The position numbers were made by a program, and so were the translations under genes. The notes below the pieces were generated by a model. The model made no database searches. It was not told the DNA's origin and saw nothing but the letters and a program-made list of their open reading frames with translations. Below, one piece after another: positions 25,400 through 37,685 of a stretch of 64,000 bases of DNA. How positions within the stretch are numbered: position 1 is the stretch's first letter; each line of letters opens with the position of its first letter. The stretch spans positions 178,064,001 to 178,128,000 of the forward strand of contig OZ024741.1 of the NCBI GenBank assembly GCA_964016885.1, written 5' to 3'. The DNA comes from Eledone cirrhosa (lineage: Eukaryota).

Positions 25400-27720
25400 A
25401 CTGAGCAATATAGCGATACAACGTTCATAATTTCTTTGAGTGAAAAGATACATTTGCCCCAATTTTAGAAAGGCATTCAAAGAAGTATTGTATACCTGTC
25501 AAGACAAATGAAAATTAAATACACCGAATTTTGTACTGAAAGGATTAATTCAGTATCACTAGTTGAAGTGAAAGAAGCCAATTACTTTTTAGTCACTGGT
25601 GATGGACCACATACCTTATCTGATAAACCAGAAGTATTTTTCTGTGTGTATTTCTGTTATTTCCGACAACAAATGTCAATTGACATTTTTCTAGTGTTTG
25701 GGAAGATTCCAAGAAACATACGGAAACAATATTATAAATAATAGAATGTAGTTGGCTTGAAACAGTGTGTATAGTATACAATGTAAAACATGATTTGTTT
25801 TAAGAAGGCTAAGACAATGTGAAATGGACTCTAAAATTCAGTTTAAATGAAAGCAACGAAGATGTTTGTGTTGCTTGGTATTTACTTCTTGAGTTCATCC
25901 TAATATTTCAGGAGTTAAAAATTAATTCCTGGGAGTGTTGTGAACTCTTAGAGTAAAATGCTCCTGTTTTGTCGCTTTGATATTTGTTTTAAATTAAAAT
26001 TTAAATGTAGAGGATGGCTAGCAGACCTGAAGGACTGGCTCCCATATGTATGTCTGTTGTTTGTTTGTATGTGTGATGTCGGAAGGTGAAATGTGTAATT
26101 TCTACGATGATAGATAGACGTTGATGAATGTCTGGTGAAGTGAGGCTGAGCGGTATATATTGGATGAAATGATGCATTCTGTCACTAGGTTGACCGTCTT
26201 GTGAGCGGTTACTGTCGTGTAGAGGGAGACAACGTCAAGGCTTAGAGTATATATATATTGAGTTGAACTTGATTTAGTTGAACTTGATGTAGTTTTTGTA
26301 TGACATCATAGGAGCTATTAACATGCCCAGGAAGGTATAGGTTTGAGGATATGGAGGAGGAGCCAGGTGGGGGGGGGGACATCTATGGTAGAGACAATGG
26401 GACTAATCTGGTCTTCAGTGTTTTAACGAGGTGGTAGAATGTTGGCAGTGTTCTCTTTCTGGTGGTGAAGCTCCTTTTATACTTGTTGAGAAATTGTCTC
26501 CGTCAGCAGACATCGTCTCCAGGTGGTGTTGGTATGCTATTCGCTCTGGGATGCAACTAAGTTCGTCACTTCTGTATATAATCCACCGTTACTAAGGTGC
26601 TCGTAAGCTGAGCTGGTGAATGTGTATCAGGAAATGGCGTAGAATCATTTCCCTCTACCGGAAATGAGATATACGCGGTCCTTCTTTTGTAGATTCTTGT
26701 AAAATGATGTGTTGCATCCTGGAGATGTTCGGGAGTATATTATATTGTTTCTGTAATATACTAAAAATAGACTGCTAAGCTATATATCCAAAAGAAAAAT
26801 GTTACTTTATACTGCAATTTCCATCAACTCATGCCTATGAAATGCAAGCGCTGCAATGAGATACCCAATAAATCAAAGCATGATTTCTTTGTGGCAATGA
26901 TAAATATGAAACTCTATGGAAACGTGCCAACAATACAAGTAAGAAAGAAGCATTGGTCAGCCAGGTAAACGCTTTTAGGCAGCATGTGGCCTTCACGAAA
27001 AATAATCTTTCAACCATAAAATGAACACATTCACCCTGTACTGTAGTTACATGATATTTCATGTCTTAAATATTGATGCGTTAATTCGATATGCATTGTT
27101 TCTTATACAGATACATTAACGATTCTAAACAAAATTGCTTCCGTAATCAAATACCTTATCCCGTAATGATTCTACCCCTGGTGTTATTTGAACGTCAATC
27201 GGATTGATAACAAAGAAGGTTTTAATTGGTATTAGCCGACTTTCATTGCTTACTTTGAGGGAGGTTAACAGAGATCTCGTAGCTGTATATGATCAAACAT
27301 GGGGATTAATAAATTTTACGTAGTCTTCCGGCACGCCTATGTGTTTCGCGATATTTATAAACAATCAAAAGCAATTTTAAATGTAATTTAAAACTAGCCA
27401 CAGACGTGCCTAAAACGCCCCGAGCAATTCAATCGAAGAATATTATCGCGAAATATTTATTACCCCATTATCGATCAAATCATTATCTAGCTAGAATGAG
27501 TGTTCCCTACAGACGAAATGTATTTGCTACAATCTGTGTGTCTAATTCCCTGTAAACCTCATTGATTGATATCATAAACCTTAATATTAGTCAGGAACCC
27601 ATACACGGAGGAAATGGTAATTCCACACTCTGTTCGACATCAAGTCGATGTTTGGAGAACAATAAATTTTGATTATCCAAGAAATATATATCTCAGGCGT
27701 TGGTATAGTATTGTAGATAC
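25400..27720 (+). mobile_element. Probable old hAT-type transposase fossil, interrupted by the PLE fragment
   Basis: Scattered remnants in the expected order: YLSRQ...EVKEANYF..TGD (~25490-25620), LYCNFHQL (~26805) and SIEEYYREIF (~27430). Confidence 0.4.
26003..26745 (-). mobile_element. Penelope-like RT fragment
   Basis: Minus strand gives PIVS (~26400), LDVVSLYTTV (~26235) and YKQTTDIHMGASPSGLLAILY (~26070-26005). Confidence 0.75.
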
Positions 27721-27741
27721 TCACCCACCTACTAGTTTGTC

Positions 27742-27783
27742 CGAGATCTACGAGGTCTACGAGATCTACGAGGTCTACGAGAT
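27742..27783 (+). repeat. 9-bp tandem repeat GAG(A/G)TCTAC, ~4.5 copies
   Basis: GAGATCTAC GAGGTCTAC GAGATCTAC GAGGTCTAC GAGAT. Confidence 0.9.
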
Positions 27784-27851
27784 TCTATACTGTAAATATT
27801 TAAAGCATCATTTTGGTCAACTGTTCGGACAGATAAACTGTCAAATCAAAA

Positions 27852-28776
27852 CTATAATAAAGTAAGGAGTGCGGGACTGCGTCCAGAATACATTTGTTTA
27901 TCCCGTTTGTAAAATAAGTTGGATTACTTTGAATACATAATGAATGAATATTACATAATTTATCTACTAAATTTTGTTATAAATAATGATGTTGCTTATT
28001 TTTTAAGATTCACTTCTTTAAAATTTTCAAATGTCAATAATTCCGGTTAGCGATCGTTTAAATAAACATTCATATATTTCGGTCACTAATTTTCTCCTGA
28101 TGAAGATTATATAAAATATCGGATTTTGTTAATGTATCATGGATTACGTTACTGATTACATAAGACAGTGCAACGCAGGTTCGTTCAATTTCTGTTTATA
28201 TTGTCAATTACGATTTAACTTGATATATCATATCGACATGCATATATACTTGCGTATAATATCAATATTCACACTACACATGCTAGCAGAAAACCACCCT
28301 TCTACATTATAATAAAGTAAGGAGCGCGGGACTGCGTACGGTTTATAATTTTTTATCCCATTAGTAATATAATTTGGATTACTTTGAATAAATGAATATT
28401 ACATAATGTATCTACTAAATTTCGTGGCTGTTGATCAAATATATTTCGTTTCTTTAAAGATTCACTTCTTTAAAATTTCTGAAATATCAAGACTTTCTTT
28501 TGGCCATCGCTTAAATAAACATATTAATTTTCTGTCACTAATTTTCTCCTAATGCAGTTTATATATAATATCGTCTTTTTTAATGTATCACGGATTACGT
28601 TACTGATGAAATAAGACCGTGTAAAGCAGTCTTCGTTCAATTTTTATGTATTATATATTATCAATTACGATTTTATTTGAAATATCATATCTACATGTAT
28701 ATATACGTGCATATAATATCAATATACACACTACACTTGCTAACAGAAAAGCAGCCGAAGGGTGCTTTTCTGCTAG
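27852..28776 (+). mobile_element. Tandem dimer of a ~450-475 bp non-autonomous Helitron-like element
   Basis: Both units share TATAATAAAGTAAGGAG near their start. Unit 2 starts TC (28301) and ends in the hairpin AGAAAAGCA-GCCGAAGGG-TGCTTTTCT followed by CTAG|T. Confidence 0.7.
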
Positions 28777-29477
28777 TATCTATTAAAGCTACCAGAGTGG
28801 CATTAACGCCTAGAAAGATAAGGCCAAATCTTTGAGTAACCGGTTTTACATTACAAATACATGGTAGAATTTTATCGATCGTCCTGAATATGGACAGTGC
28901 TGCCCTTTAAGGTTTTGCCTCAGTTATTCATTACATTTTGTTGCAGGCCAGAAATCAAGATATTGAAGGAATACCACTATAGTAGTTATTTTTAGCAGGA
29001 GAAGACCTCATGAAGAGAGTCATGAACATAGTTCATAATCTTTCAATACCCTCAATTTATTTGTTATTAATTGTCGTATTAGGCTTTGTAATTTTTGTTT
29101 AAATAATATCTGGAATCTTGAATACCAAGAATATTTTATTTTTATTACATTACTTCATAAAATAAGGTAATCTTTATAAATATATTAATTGACTTTTTCA
29201 AAGGCATCATTGGCTGGTATAGATATTGTTTTCAATCAATGAAAAGCAGAAAATTGTTAAAAACGATGTTTATTTTCACCCATTTTATGCAGCATTACTA
29301 ATGTGCCGTGCAATTCCATTCGTTATTTTTAAGTATTGTATCATAAATACTCACATCGCTTTTCGTGGTTTTGAAGATGTTTTAACTTTGCTTCGATAAA
29401 GTATGATAAATGAACCAAACATTCATTACATAACACTTCCACACTAGCACTAGTGAAGATAATAATTAAACTTTATA

Positions 29478-29662
29478 TAATTGTTTCTACTTTTGGCACA
29501 AGGCCATCAAAATACCTAGTACATTACTGGTACTTTATTTTATCGACCCCGTAAGGATGAAAGGCAAAGTTAACCTCAGCGGGATTTGAACTCAGACCGT
29601 AAAGGGACGTAACTATGCTGGAAAGCATGGCGCCCGACCTTCTACCGATACTGCCAATCCAC
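29478..29662 (-). mobile_element. SINE copy
   Basis: Reverse complement of the full SINE (…CTGGTACTTTATTTTATCGACCCCGTAAGGATGAAAGG…GATACTGCCAATCCAC). Confidence 0.88.
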
Positions 29663-31586
29663 TATTTTATAATGTTATGTCATTCATAATGTTCTGGAAA
29701 ACTCCTCGTAGAAAACTGCATCAGACACAGGCGTAATTTCCCAACTCAAATAACACCACATGAAACGATTATATCCATTAAAGAGGATGTAATATCTATA
29801 TTATTACTTTAAAATTTTGCTTCTTAACGAACAGAAATGATATAATCGCTAACAATTTACTTTCCTTTATAATCATTCTTACACACGGTTTAGTTCGGAA
29901 ATGACTGAATGCCTATCTAATTAAAAGTAAGAAATGTTGTGTTTGTTTGTGCGTCTTAATTAACAGTTAATGAAGTCGTGTGGTTATCAATTTTGTTTCA
30001 TGTATTTCTTAAATATATCTAATTATCAATGAGAAACAGGAGCCAGACATATAAAGTTGCAGGTAGACGTAATCATTCTCGACTCTCGAAACACTATCTT
30101 ATCAAATATGACCCAATGACCTACAGAAAGTATAGTTAAGTAACCAGAAAAATCAATCAATTTACTTAATAGCATAACGGTCTGCATAGTAATATAGAAT
30201 TTCGGTTTTGAAAAACTTCCTTTCTCCAAAACACATCGGCAATAACATATTTTGTCTCATTTCTTTTATTATATATATATATTCTTTAATAGCTTCTTTC
30301 CTCCATTTCTCATTAAAAATTAGATATTTTTATGCTGTTGATGCAGATTTTGCGTTTTTTAATATATATTTTGTTATACTATTGTTGTTTTTACCCTTAT
30401 TGCCTTTGTTTGTTTCAGGTTGTCAGACAAACTTAATCAATATTACTCATTTTTTTTCCCTGACAACTTCATTTTGATGCGTTCAAAAACTATCCTTCAT
30501 AATACTCTGTTAAACTTTTGACAAGATTCACATTATTTTTCGTTTTGCAATTTGAAAACTAATTTCAAACTCTACATGTCCGCAATATATAAGCACATGT
30601 CAATCTCATCCACTGAATCATGTTTCATTCCAGTCATAATTATAGCCATTTTATTATCATTGTATTTCTAGTGGGTGTTAGTGCTGGTGATACTCGTGAA
30701 ATGATTATGGCGACGATGAGGATGATGATTATATGAAACATTTATTATTCAAAATTATTCTGTGTTTGCTATACAAAGAATAGTTTTAAAGAGAGCTTCA
30801 TGTAAGCATGATATTGAAAATATGTTATCTCGGGTTTAGTAAATATTATTTTGCGTCAGCAAAAAGAATGATTTTTAGTTTCTTTTTGAAGTCGGAGATG
30901 GTCTGAGAATTCCTGCCGGCTATTGGCAGGGAAATCGATATTTTTTTTATTTGATGGATGGGAATGCTTTCATCTCTGAAATATATCGAAATTAATTTTA
31001 TTTCACTTTATCAGTTACCGGTCGATACTTTCCACCGTGCAGTACTATCATATATACAATCTCGTAGACCACCGAAAGTGAAATTATCTGAAGCAGTAAG
31101 TCTTTCAATAAACTTTGCCCCCAGATATTGTTAGGATTTCATCACTGAAACATATCGAAGCTTTTCTTTTTGAAATACATATAGATATAAAAAATTGCTT
31201 TCAGAGCTGATATTATCTTTCTACTATAAGATGATCCATTGCTTGTATCTCAGCACAGGTACTGCGATGTATCTCAGCACAGGTATTCCTAGTCAAAAGC
31301 TGGACCAGTTAATGGTACTGGGAAATGAGACAGTGGGCCGGAGCGACGAGAGCTACAATAAGTTATCTCATGTGCTTGAGGTCTTCCAAATAGAAAATGA
31401 TAAAATGAAATGAATACAAAATGTGAAGCTCTTTAAGATTCCTTACATCTACAAAATATCAACGACACTTCTCGGATTTCTTTTATACTTCCTACTTCTA
31501 CTCACTGTTTGCACTTGACTGAGACCAATACAAGTCAATGTTTCTGTTCTCTCTCTCGCTCTCTCTCAAACCCTCAATCTCTGTTT

Positions 31587-31629
<43 letters not shown>

Positions 31630-31714
31630 CTCTCTCTCTCTCTGTCTCTCTCTCTCTGTCTCTCTCTCTCTCCCTCTCTCTCTCTCCTTCATTCTCTCAC
31701 TCATTCTCTCTTTC

Positions 31715-31779
<65 letters not shown>

Positions 31780-31782
31780 ATA

Positions 31783-31845
<63 letters not shown>

Positions 31846-31924
31846 TAGGTACATATTGAGTTAGAAACTCAAAACAGTCTCTTACAATGAAATAGCTCTA
31901 GGAAAGTTTTTTCCGAGCCGTATA

Positions 31925-32505
31925 ATATAATTGAATATAAAAGAAAATCGAACACAGACATATACATATGTGTGTTCAAATCGTAAGGGACCAGATTCGT
32001 AAAGGTGAAAAGAATACTAACTATAGACAATGGGGTTTTCCAGACTCAATTTAAGAATAAATCAAGAAATAAATATAAACCGGAATTGTGGTAACTACCA
32101 ATCACCAAGACAACTTTGGTAATGCTGTTTGGCAAAACTAATTGTGAAGAGGAATATCAATTCTTGCTCATCAGTGGGTGAAGAATTAGTATCCTGGACA
32201 CTTCTAAGTATATTAAAAAACTGAATAGTGTGCGTATATATAATAACGCACATGGTATCTGAACTTAGCGTGTCTCACAAACTCACACCACTAAAAATAG
32301 CAGCCAGGTTTACTCGACATTTGAATTGGGTGATTGGTAGTTACCACAATTCCGGTTTGTATTTATTTTCTTGATTTATTCTTAAATTGAGTCTGGCAAA
32401 CCCTATTGTCTATTGTTAGTATTCTTTTCACCTTAGCGAATCTGGTCCCTTACGATTTGAACACATATATGTATATATCTGTGTTCTTTTTTTACTTTTA
32501 TATTC

Positions 32506-32513
<8 letters not shown>
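31925..32513. repeat. Long inverted repeat, ~185 bp arms (31925-32106 and 32329-32513) with a ~220 bp spacer
   Basis: TCAAATCGTAAGGGACCAGATTCG...CCGGAATTGTGGTAACTACCAATCACC and its reverse complement. The right end runs into (TA)n. Confidence 0.9.
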
Positions 32514-32580
<67 letters not shown>

Positions 32581-32722
32581 GAGTTTATGTTGGTTGTATA
32601 CCAACACCTAAGTATGCAGGCTGGAGCACTCGACGAAGTGCGCATGTTGGTTTGGTTACTCCGGAGTAGTGTAAAATAAAGTTAAATAAAAGTCAAATGA
32701 TTAAAATTTACCTTCGTTTATT

Positions 32723-32777
32723 ACTGCTATATATATTTCAGTGACAGCCATCTTTGGTTGTGACCTCTTCAGGCAGT
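32723..32777 (-). ncRNA. Minimal type I hammerhead ribozyme
   Basis: Minus strand reads ACUGC-CUGAAGA-GGUCACAACCAAAGAUGGCUGUCACU-GAAA-UAUAUA-UA-GCAGU. Confidence 0.7.
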
Positions 32778-32788
32778 TTGAATTAGAA

Positions 32789-32843
32789 ACTGCCTGAAGA
32801 CGGCACAGCCAAAGATGGCTGTCACTGAAATATATATAGCAGT
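32789..32843 (+). ncRNA. Minimal type I hammerhead ribozyme
   Basis: ACUGC-CUGAAGA-CGGC ACAGCC AAAGAU GGCUGU CACU-GAAA-UAUAUA-UA-GCAGU. Stem I is perfect and helix III is palindromic. Confidence 0.75.
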
Positions 32844-32892
32844 AATAAACGAAGGTAAATTTTAATCATTTGACTTTTATTTAACTTTATTT

Positions 32893-32985
<93 letters not shown>

Positions 32986-33515
32986 AAAGAAAGATATAGT
33001 GTGTCTGTGCGTGTAACACAATTTTGAAACAATGGCATAGACAATAAACTACATGGGTAGGAAAGAGAAAATATCAAAATGAAATAACATTTTATTTTTT
33101 TCATACTGGGCATAATTACATAGATTATGTACTATTTTGAAAGTATTAACGTTGATAATTATCAATTATTCCTCAGAAAATTATTTAACATCTCGCTTTG
33201 TTTGATTATTGAATACATATAACTGCGTCTGTGTGAGGTGGGGTGATTGGTAGTGTTTGGATAGTGTATGTAGTGATGGTTTATAGAAAGAAATCATTTT
33301 GTTTACTCGTTAATCCTTTGATGATGGCATTAAATGTTAGATTGTTATTCACCTGATTCTATTAAGAAGTCAGTCATATTAACAACATACACTCCATTGC
33401 ACAGTTTGTTATTGTGCACATCTATGCCAGACTCTAAACACACTATAAATATGGAACGGGAAATTGTGACGAGGTATATAGAATGAAAATATTTCATCGT
33501 TATAATCTCGAGCAA

Positions 33516-33548
<33 letters not shown>

Positions 33549-33555
33549 CACACCC

Positions 33556-33616
<61 letters not shown>

Positions 33617-33751
33617 TGTGTGTGTGTGTATAAATATACATATATATATATATATATATATATGCAAAAGTTTTATTTAAGATTGTTGGGTTACAACGAG
33701 TAAATATTTTATAACTGATATAAAAGCACTCAACAGTTTCTGGAGTAGGTT

Positions 33752-34001
33752 TACGATATTAAACAAATGGAAACTATAATAATAAAACCATATTTATTTC
33801 GTTCTGGGATATCATATTAAAAATATGTTATGCCTTCCTCAGACAAAATACAAAATACAATACATAAGCTGTTTTATGAAACAGCTTATGTATTGTATTT
33901 TGTCTGAGGAAGGCATAACATATTTTTAATATATCCCAGAAATATATATAACGAAATAAATATGGTTTTATAAATATAGTTTCCATTTGTTTAATATCGT
34001 A
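33752..34001. mobile_element. ~250 bp palindrome with a hammerhead in the right arm and a deleted version in the left arm
   Basis: Centre AATACATAAGCTGTTT-TATG-AAACAGCTTATGTATT. Ends are TACGATATTAAAC / GTTTAATATCGTA, followed by (TA)n. Confidence 0.9.
33896..33958 (+). ncRNA. Minimal type I hammerhead ribozyme
   Basis: UAUUUUGU-CUGAGGA-[imperfect stem II]-GAAA-UAUAUA-UA-ACGAAAUA. Stem I is 8 bp with one G-U pair. Confidence 0.7.
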
Positions 34002-34031
<30 letters not shown>

Positions 34032-34035
<4 letters not shown>

Positions 34036-34179
34036 TAACAGATTAAAGTGTAAGCAAAGAATCGCTGCTTTCACGCTTGACGGGATCTTCTGAAACTAAG
34101 TTAGTTCTGAGTTAGTTTCAGAAGATCCCGTTAAGGTTGAAAGCAGCGATTCTTTGCTTAAACTTTAATCTGTTATTTT
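34032..34179. repeat. ~150 bp palindrome with a hammerhead-like remnant
   Basis: AAGCAAAGAATCGCTGCTTTCA...CGGGATCTTCTGAAACTAA / TTAGTTTCAGAAGATCCCG...TGAAAGCAGCGATTCTTTGCTT, with (TA)n on both sides. Confidence 0.88.
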
Positions 34180-34195
34180 AATATATATATATACT

Positions 34196-34406
34196 TAGTG
34201 AAAGAATGAAGAGTATCATGGTTGGCTGTACAATAAGGGGCTTTATTTCAAGTACTGACAATTGTTTCATTGATCAGGTGAGTTTAGATGTCGCCAATCG
34301 CTTGAAGTTGCGTCACTCAAACTCCTGATCCATGACACAATTGTCAGTACTTGAAATAGAGACCCTTATTGTACAGCCAACAATGTTACTCTTCATCCTT
34401 TCACTA
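34196..34406. repeat. ~210 bp imperfect palindrome
   Basis: GTTGGCTGTACAATAAGGG..TATTTCAAGTACTGACAATTGT / ACAATTGTCAGTACTTGAAATA..CCCTTATTGTACAGCCAAC. Confidence 0.88.
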
Positions 34407-34609
34407 TTATTACTCCAAGTATAACCTGCATAGGAATTACCACGAACTCGCTGCATAAATATGGAAACATCTTGTTGAGTCAAGAAAAGCCGTACGTTAA
34501 AACTATCCACGACACAGAGTACTCACCACCTCTAACTGGATTACCTATAACGATCACTTGTCATCCCATATATATATAATTATATATGTACACATATACA
34601 TGTATATAT

Positions 34610-34732
<123 letters not shown>

Positions 34733-35712
34733 TATATATATATATATGTTTTTTATCATTTATTTTGTTTTGACCTGTTTAGCTTGATTTGCTTTTTGGC
34801 TTAGGTGGTTTATATTTTTTTTTACCACTATTTCATTTTTGTATGGCGTCTTAACATATTGTTTAGCTCTGTTTATTAACTATGGAGCGCTTGCCAGCCT
34901 TATTTCTGATTTTTGCATTTCGTTTCGCCTTTTATACCCGCCGAAATGCGATTCTCGCTAAATCTATATTTATACATATATATTTATATATATAAATATA
35001 TATATATAATATGTATCAATTAATGCTTTAATGCTAAAACAGTAGGATTTCTCTTGGCTGCAGTGGTTATGGCATGCGTAAACCCTGTGTGCTCTTAGTA
35101 GATTAGTAGAATTTGTAGTGTATGTATAACCATGGCTTGTTTGGCGTATCTAATGATCAATGTGTTTTATCGTTAATCCTGTGTTCTTTACGTTTTAATA
35201 TTAACGTTTTAAACACTTCATACTGTAAATAGGCACACATAGTAACTTTACTTCTTTTGCAATATCTATCTCACAGTATGCCAGACGCTGACGATGCATT
35301 ACATTATTTACAAGTTATTAAACAGGGGAAAAGAGGCTACTGTTTTAATTTCCGCATTATCATACTGATTGTTTTCGTCAACAGCCTTAATTTCTCTTAC
35401 TATCATTAATTTCTCACATTCTGAGAAATCTCAAACGTCTTTTAATTACTATATTGTATCATTTTTTATTACTTGAAGACTAATTATTTTCATTTTCTTA
35501 AAGGGAAAACTGTTAATATATTGAAGTTAATAGCAAAAATGAAGTATAAACTTTTAATTAATTATTGATTTATTAATCTAGGGAAAGGACATCGGCGTAT
35601 TACAAGCGTAATACTGTGGTTGGGAATCAATATCATCCCAGATGAATCTGTGAGTTGGCCTCAGGAAATCTAATCACAGAAGCTATGCAAAGTACGCGTA
35701 TATATTTATATA

Positions 35713-35788
35713 TAGGGCGTCCCAGAAAATGTACACACACTTCAACAGCATTCTAATAAGTGTGTATACGTTTTGGAGGGACATCCTC
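35713..35788. mobile_element. Tiny Tc1/mariner-type MITE remnant
   Basis: AGGGCGTCCCAGAAAATGTACACACACTT ... AAGTGTGTATACGTTTTGGAGGGACATCCT, preceded by TA. Resembles CAGGGTGTCCC-type TIRs. Confidence 0.55.
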
Positions 35789-35796
35789 TCTTTCTC

Positions 35797-35889
<93 letters not shown>

Positions 35890-35890
35890 T

Positions 35891-36566
35891 ATTACAATTT
35901 AGAAATTAAAAAATATATGATCAACACTACTGTGTTTTTTTTGTTTTGTTTTTTTTTTGCAAAATGACAATAATTTTTTAGCCAGATAGAAATACCTTAA
36001 TTCAAGTACATATAGTCCGTCGTCTGTATCGATCTAGAGAATTTTAAATATTAAATCTATACTTACAGACGTAAAATGGCAACTGCCTGGTGCCTAGACA
36101 AGTTTAAATTTCAAAATTCAAACCTTTTCAGCAGATCGGGCAGAACTTCAAAACATAAACCTGTTTCACAAGGGATGTTATACTAATGAAATAATTAATT
36201 AATTACGGAACAACTATTTATAAAATAATTATTAGTAGAGTAATCAATTTTCTGTGATCTACGGTAGGCACCCAGAAATTAAAATCACTTCTCCTAAGAC
36301 TGTATCTTAAGACTGATCTGTCGCAAGCCTAATACATGTGCTTTTGCACACGACCTTCTCAGCATTCTGGCTCATATCCTTGGCGCTAGAAATAACAGCC
36401 GTGAATATGTGATTATGAATTCAGCTCGACCGTAGGAGCAGATAATTTCAGTTTAGTATTCATTTACAAATATTAAGCTCTAAGAAAAATACTTCTGAGC
36501 ATTACATTACAATTTAGAAATAAAAAATAAAAAATATATGATCAACACTACTGTGTTTTTTTTTTG
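35891..36566 (+). repeat. ~55 bp direct repeats flanking a ~560 bp segment
   Basis: ATTACAATTTAGAAAT..AAAAAATATATGATCAACACTACTGTGTTTTTTTT at ~35891 and ~36506. Confidence 0.8.
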
Positions 36567-37589
36567 TTTTTTTGTTTTTTCTTTGTAATATATATATATA
36601 TATTTAAAGTGTGTGTATGCATATATTTGTATCTTCACCTTGGTGTGCTGGTTGCACGGGTGGCCATAACGCTCTTGAGTCATCTTAATCTTTCAACAGC
36701 TAAGTTCTCATCTGTGAATACCTCATCTGTGGAGGAATTGCAGTTGTGTACTGACTGAACTTTGTGATCGTGACCGATAACCAAGGATGTTCTTCCGCTT
36801 GTAAACAAACGAGATACACAATAGATTCTGACCTGAATTCATTCGACGGACTTCAACATCAACCTCGCTGCAAACACATCGCTTCACTATAACCATGACT
36901 GGGTGTCTCCCGGATGCTAGGCCTTGCTAAAGGGTCACCCATTTTGCTGGTGCAAAAAATGTAGAGAGGGGGAGTTGCTTACTGGAAGCATTATATCAGA
37001 ACCTGTTTTGTACCTGACGTTTAGTCACATGAGCCCTCCAATTAAGAAGTTTGATAAATATACATATTCCACCTGCAACCACCATTTTCTTTTTCACAGT
37101 ATAGATCATCTATAACTACACTCTCCCATGTGACCTTCTTTAATCAAGACACACGTTTGGATTTGATGTATATTTAACTGCTGTTATTAGCATACGAGGA
37201 GACTGCCTAAATTTCAATGAATGCATATACACATTTCATTTCTTTATCTATCTATGTAGACTCAGCCTTTACATTCATTCGAATGGAGTTGGGCGAACAA
37301 GGTTATAAATTGTTAAACAAAGGACAGGAATATGTGTGACAGGGTTTTATGAGAACATTTGCTACTAAAAGCAAGAAAGAAATCATATCTTGTGCGTGTG
37401 TCTGTGTTTTACAAGTGGATACCGATATACAATTCATTATAAACTAACTTGTATGTTAGCTCGCTGAAAATATATCTTAGCACATTCACACAAGTTTCTG
37501 GATATTATCTGTTAACATTCTGGTAGGTTTGTTTATATGAATAGATTCTAAAATTGAAGTGCAGTATCCCACTCGCGCACACACACATC

Positions 37590-37622
<33 letters not shown>

Positions 37623-37627
37623 GGTGG

Positions 37628-37685
<58 letters not shown>

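Larger units (their letters stand above)
32672..32894. mobile_element. ~220 bp near-perfect palindrome carrying two divergent hammerheads
   Basis: ~108 bp arms around a 7-nt loop GAATTAG (32780-32786). The right end runs into (TA)n. Confidence 0.9.

Noticed and set aside
27742-27783. Short regular repeat, considered as a CRISPR-like array
   Set aside because: 9-bp units with no spacers, no cas genes and a eukaryotic context.
31925-32513. Hammerhead within this inverted repeat, or a classical MITE call
   Set aside because: No intact CUGANGA/GAAA core and no recognisable transposase-type TIR end, so it is kept only as an inverted repeat.
36620-37085. Possible CR1/L2-type LINE remnant
   Set aside because: Too degenerate to recover RT motifs by eye.
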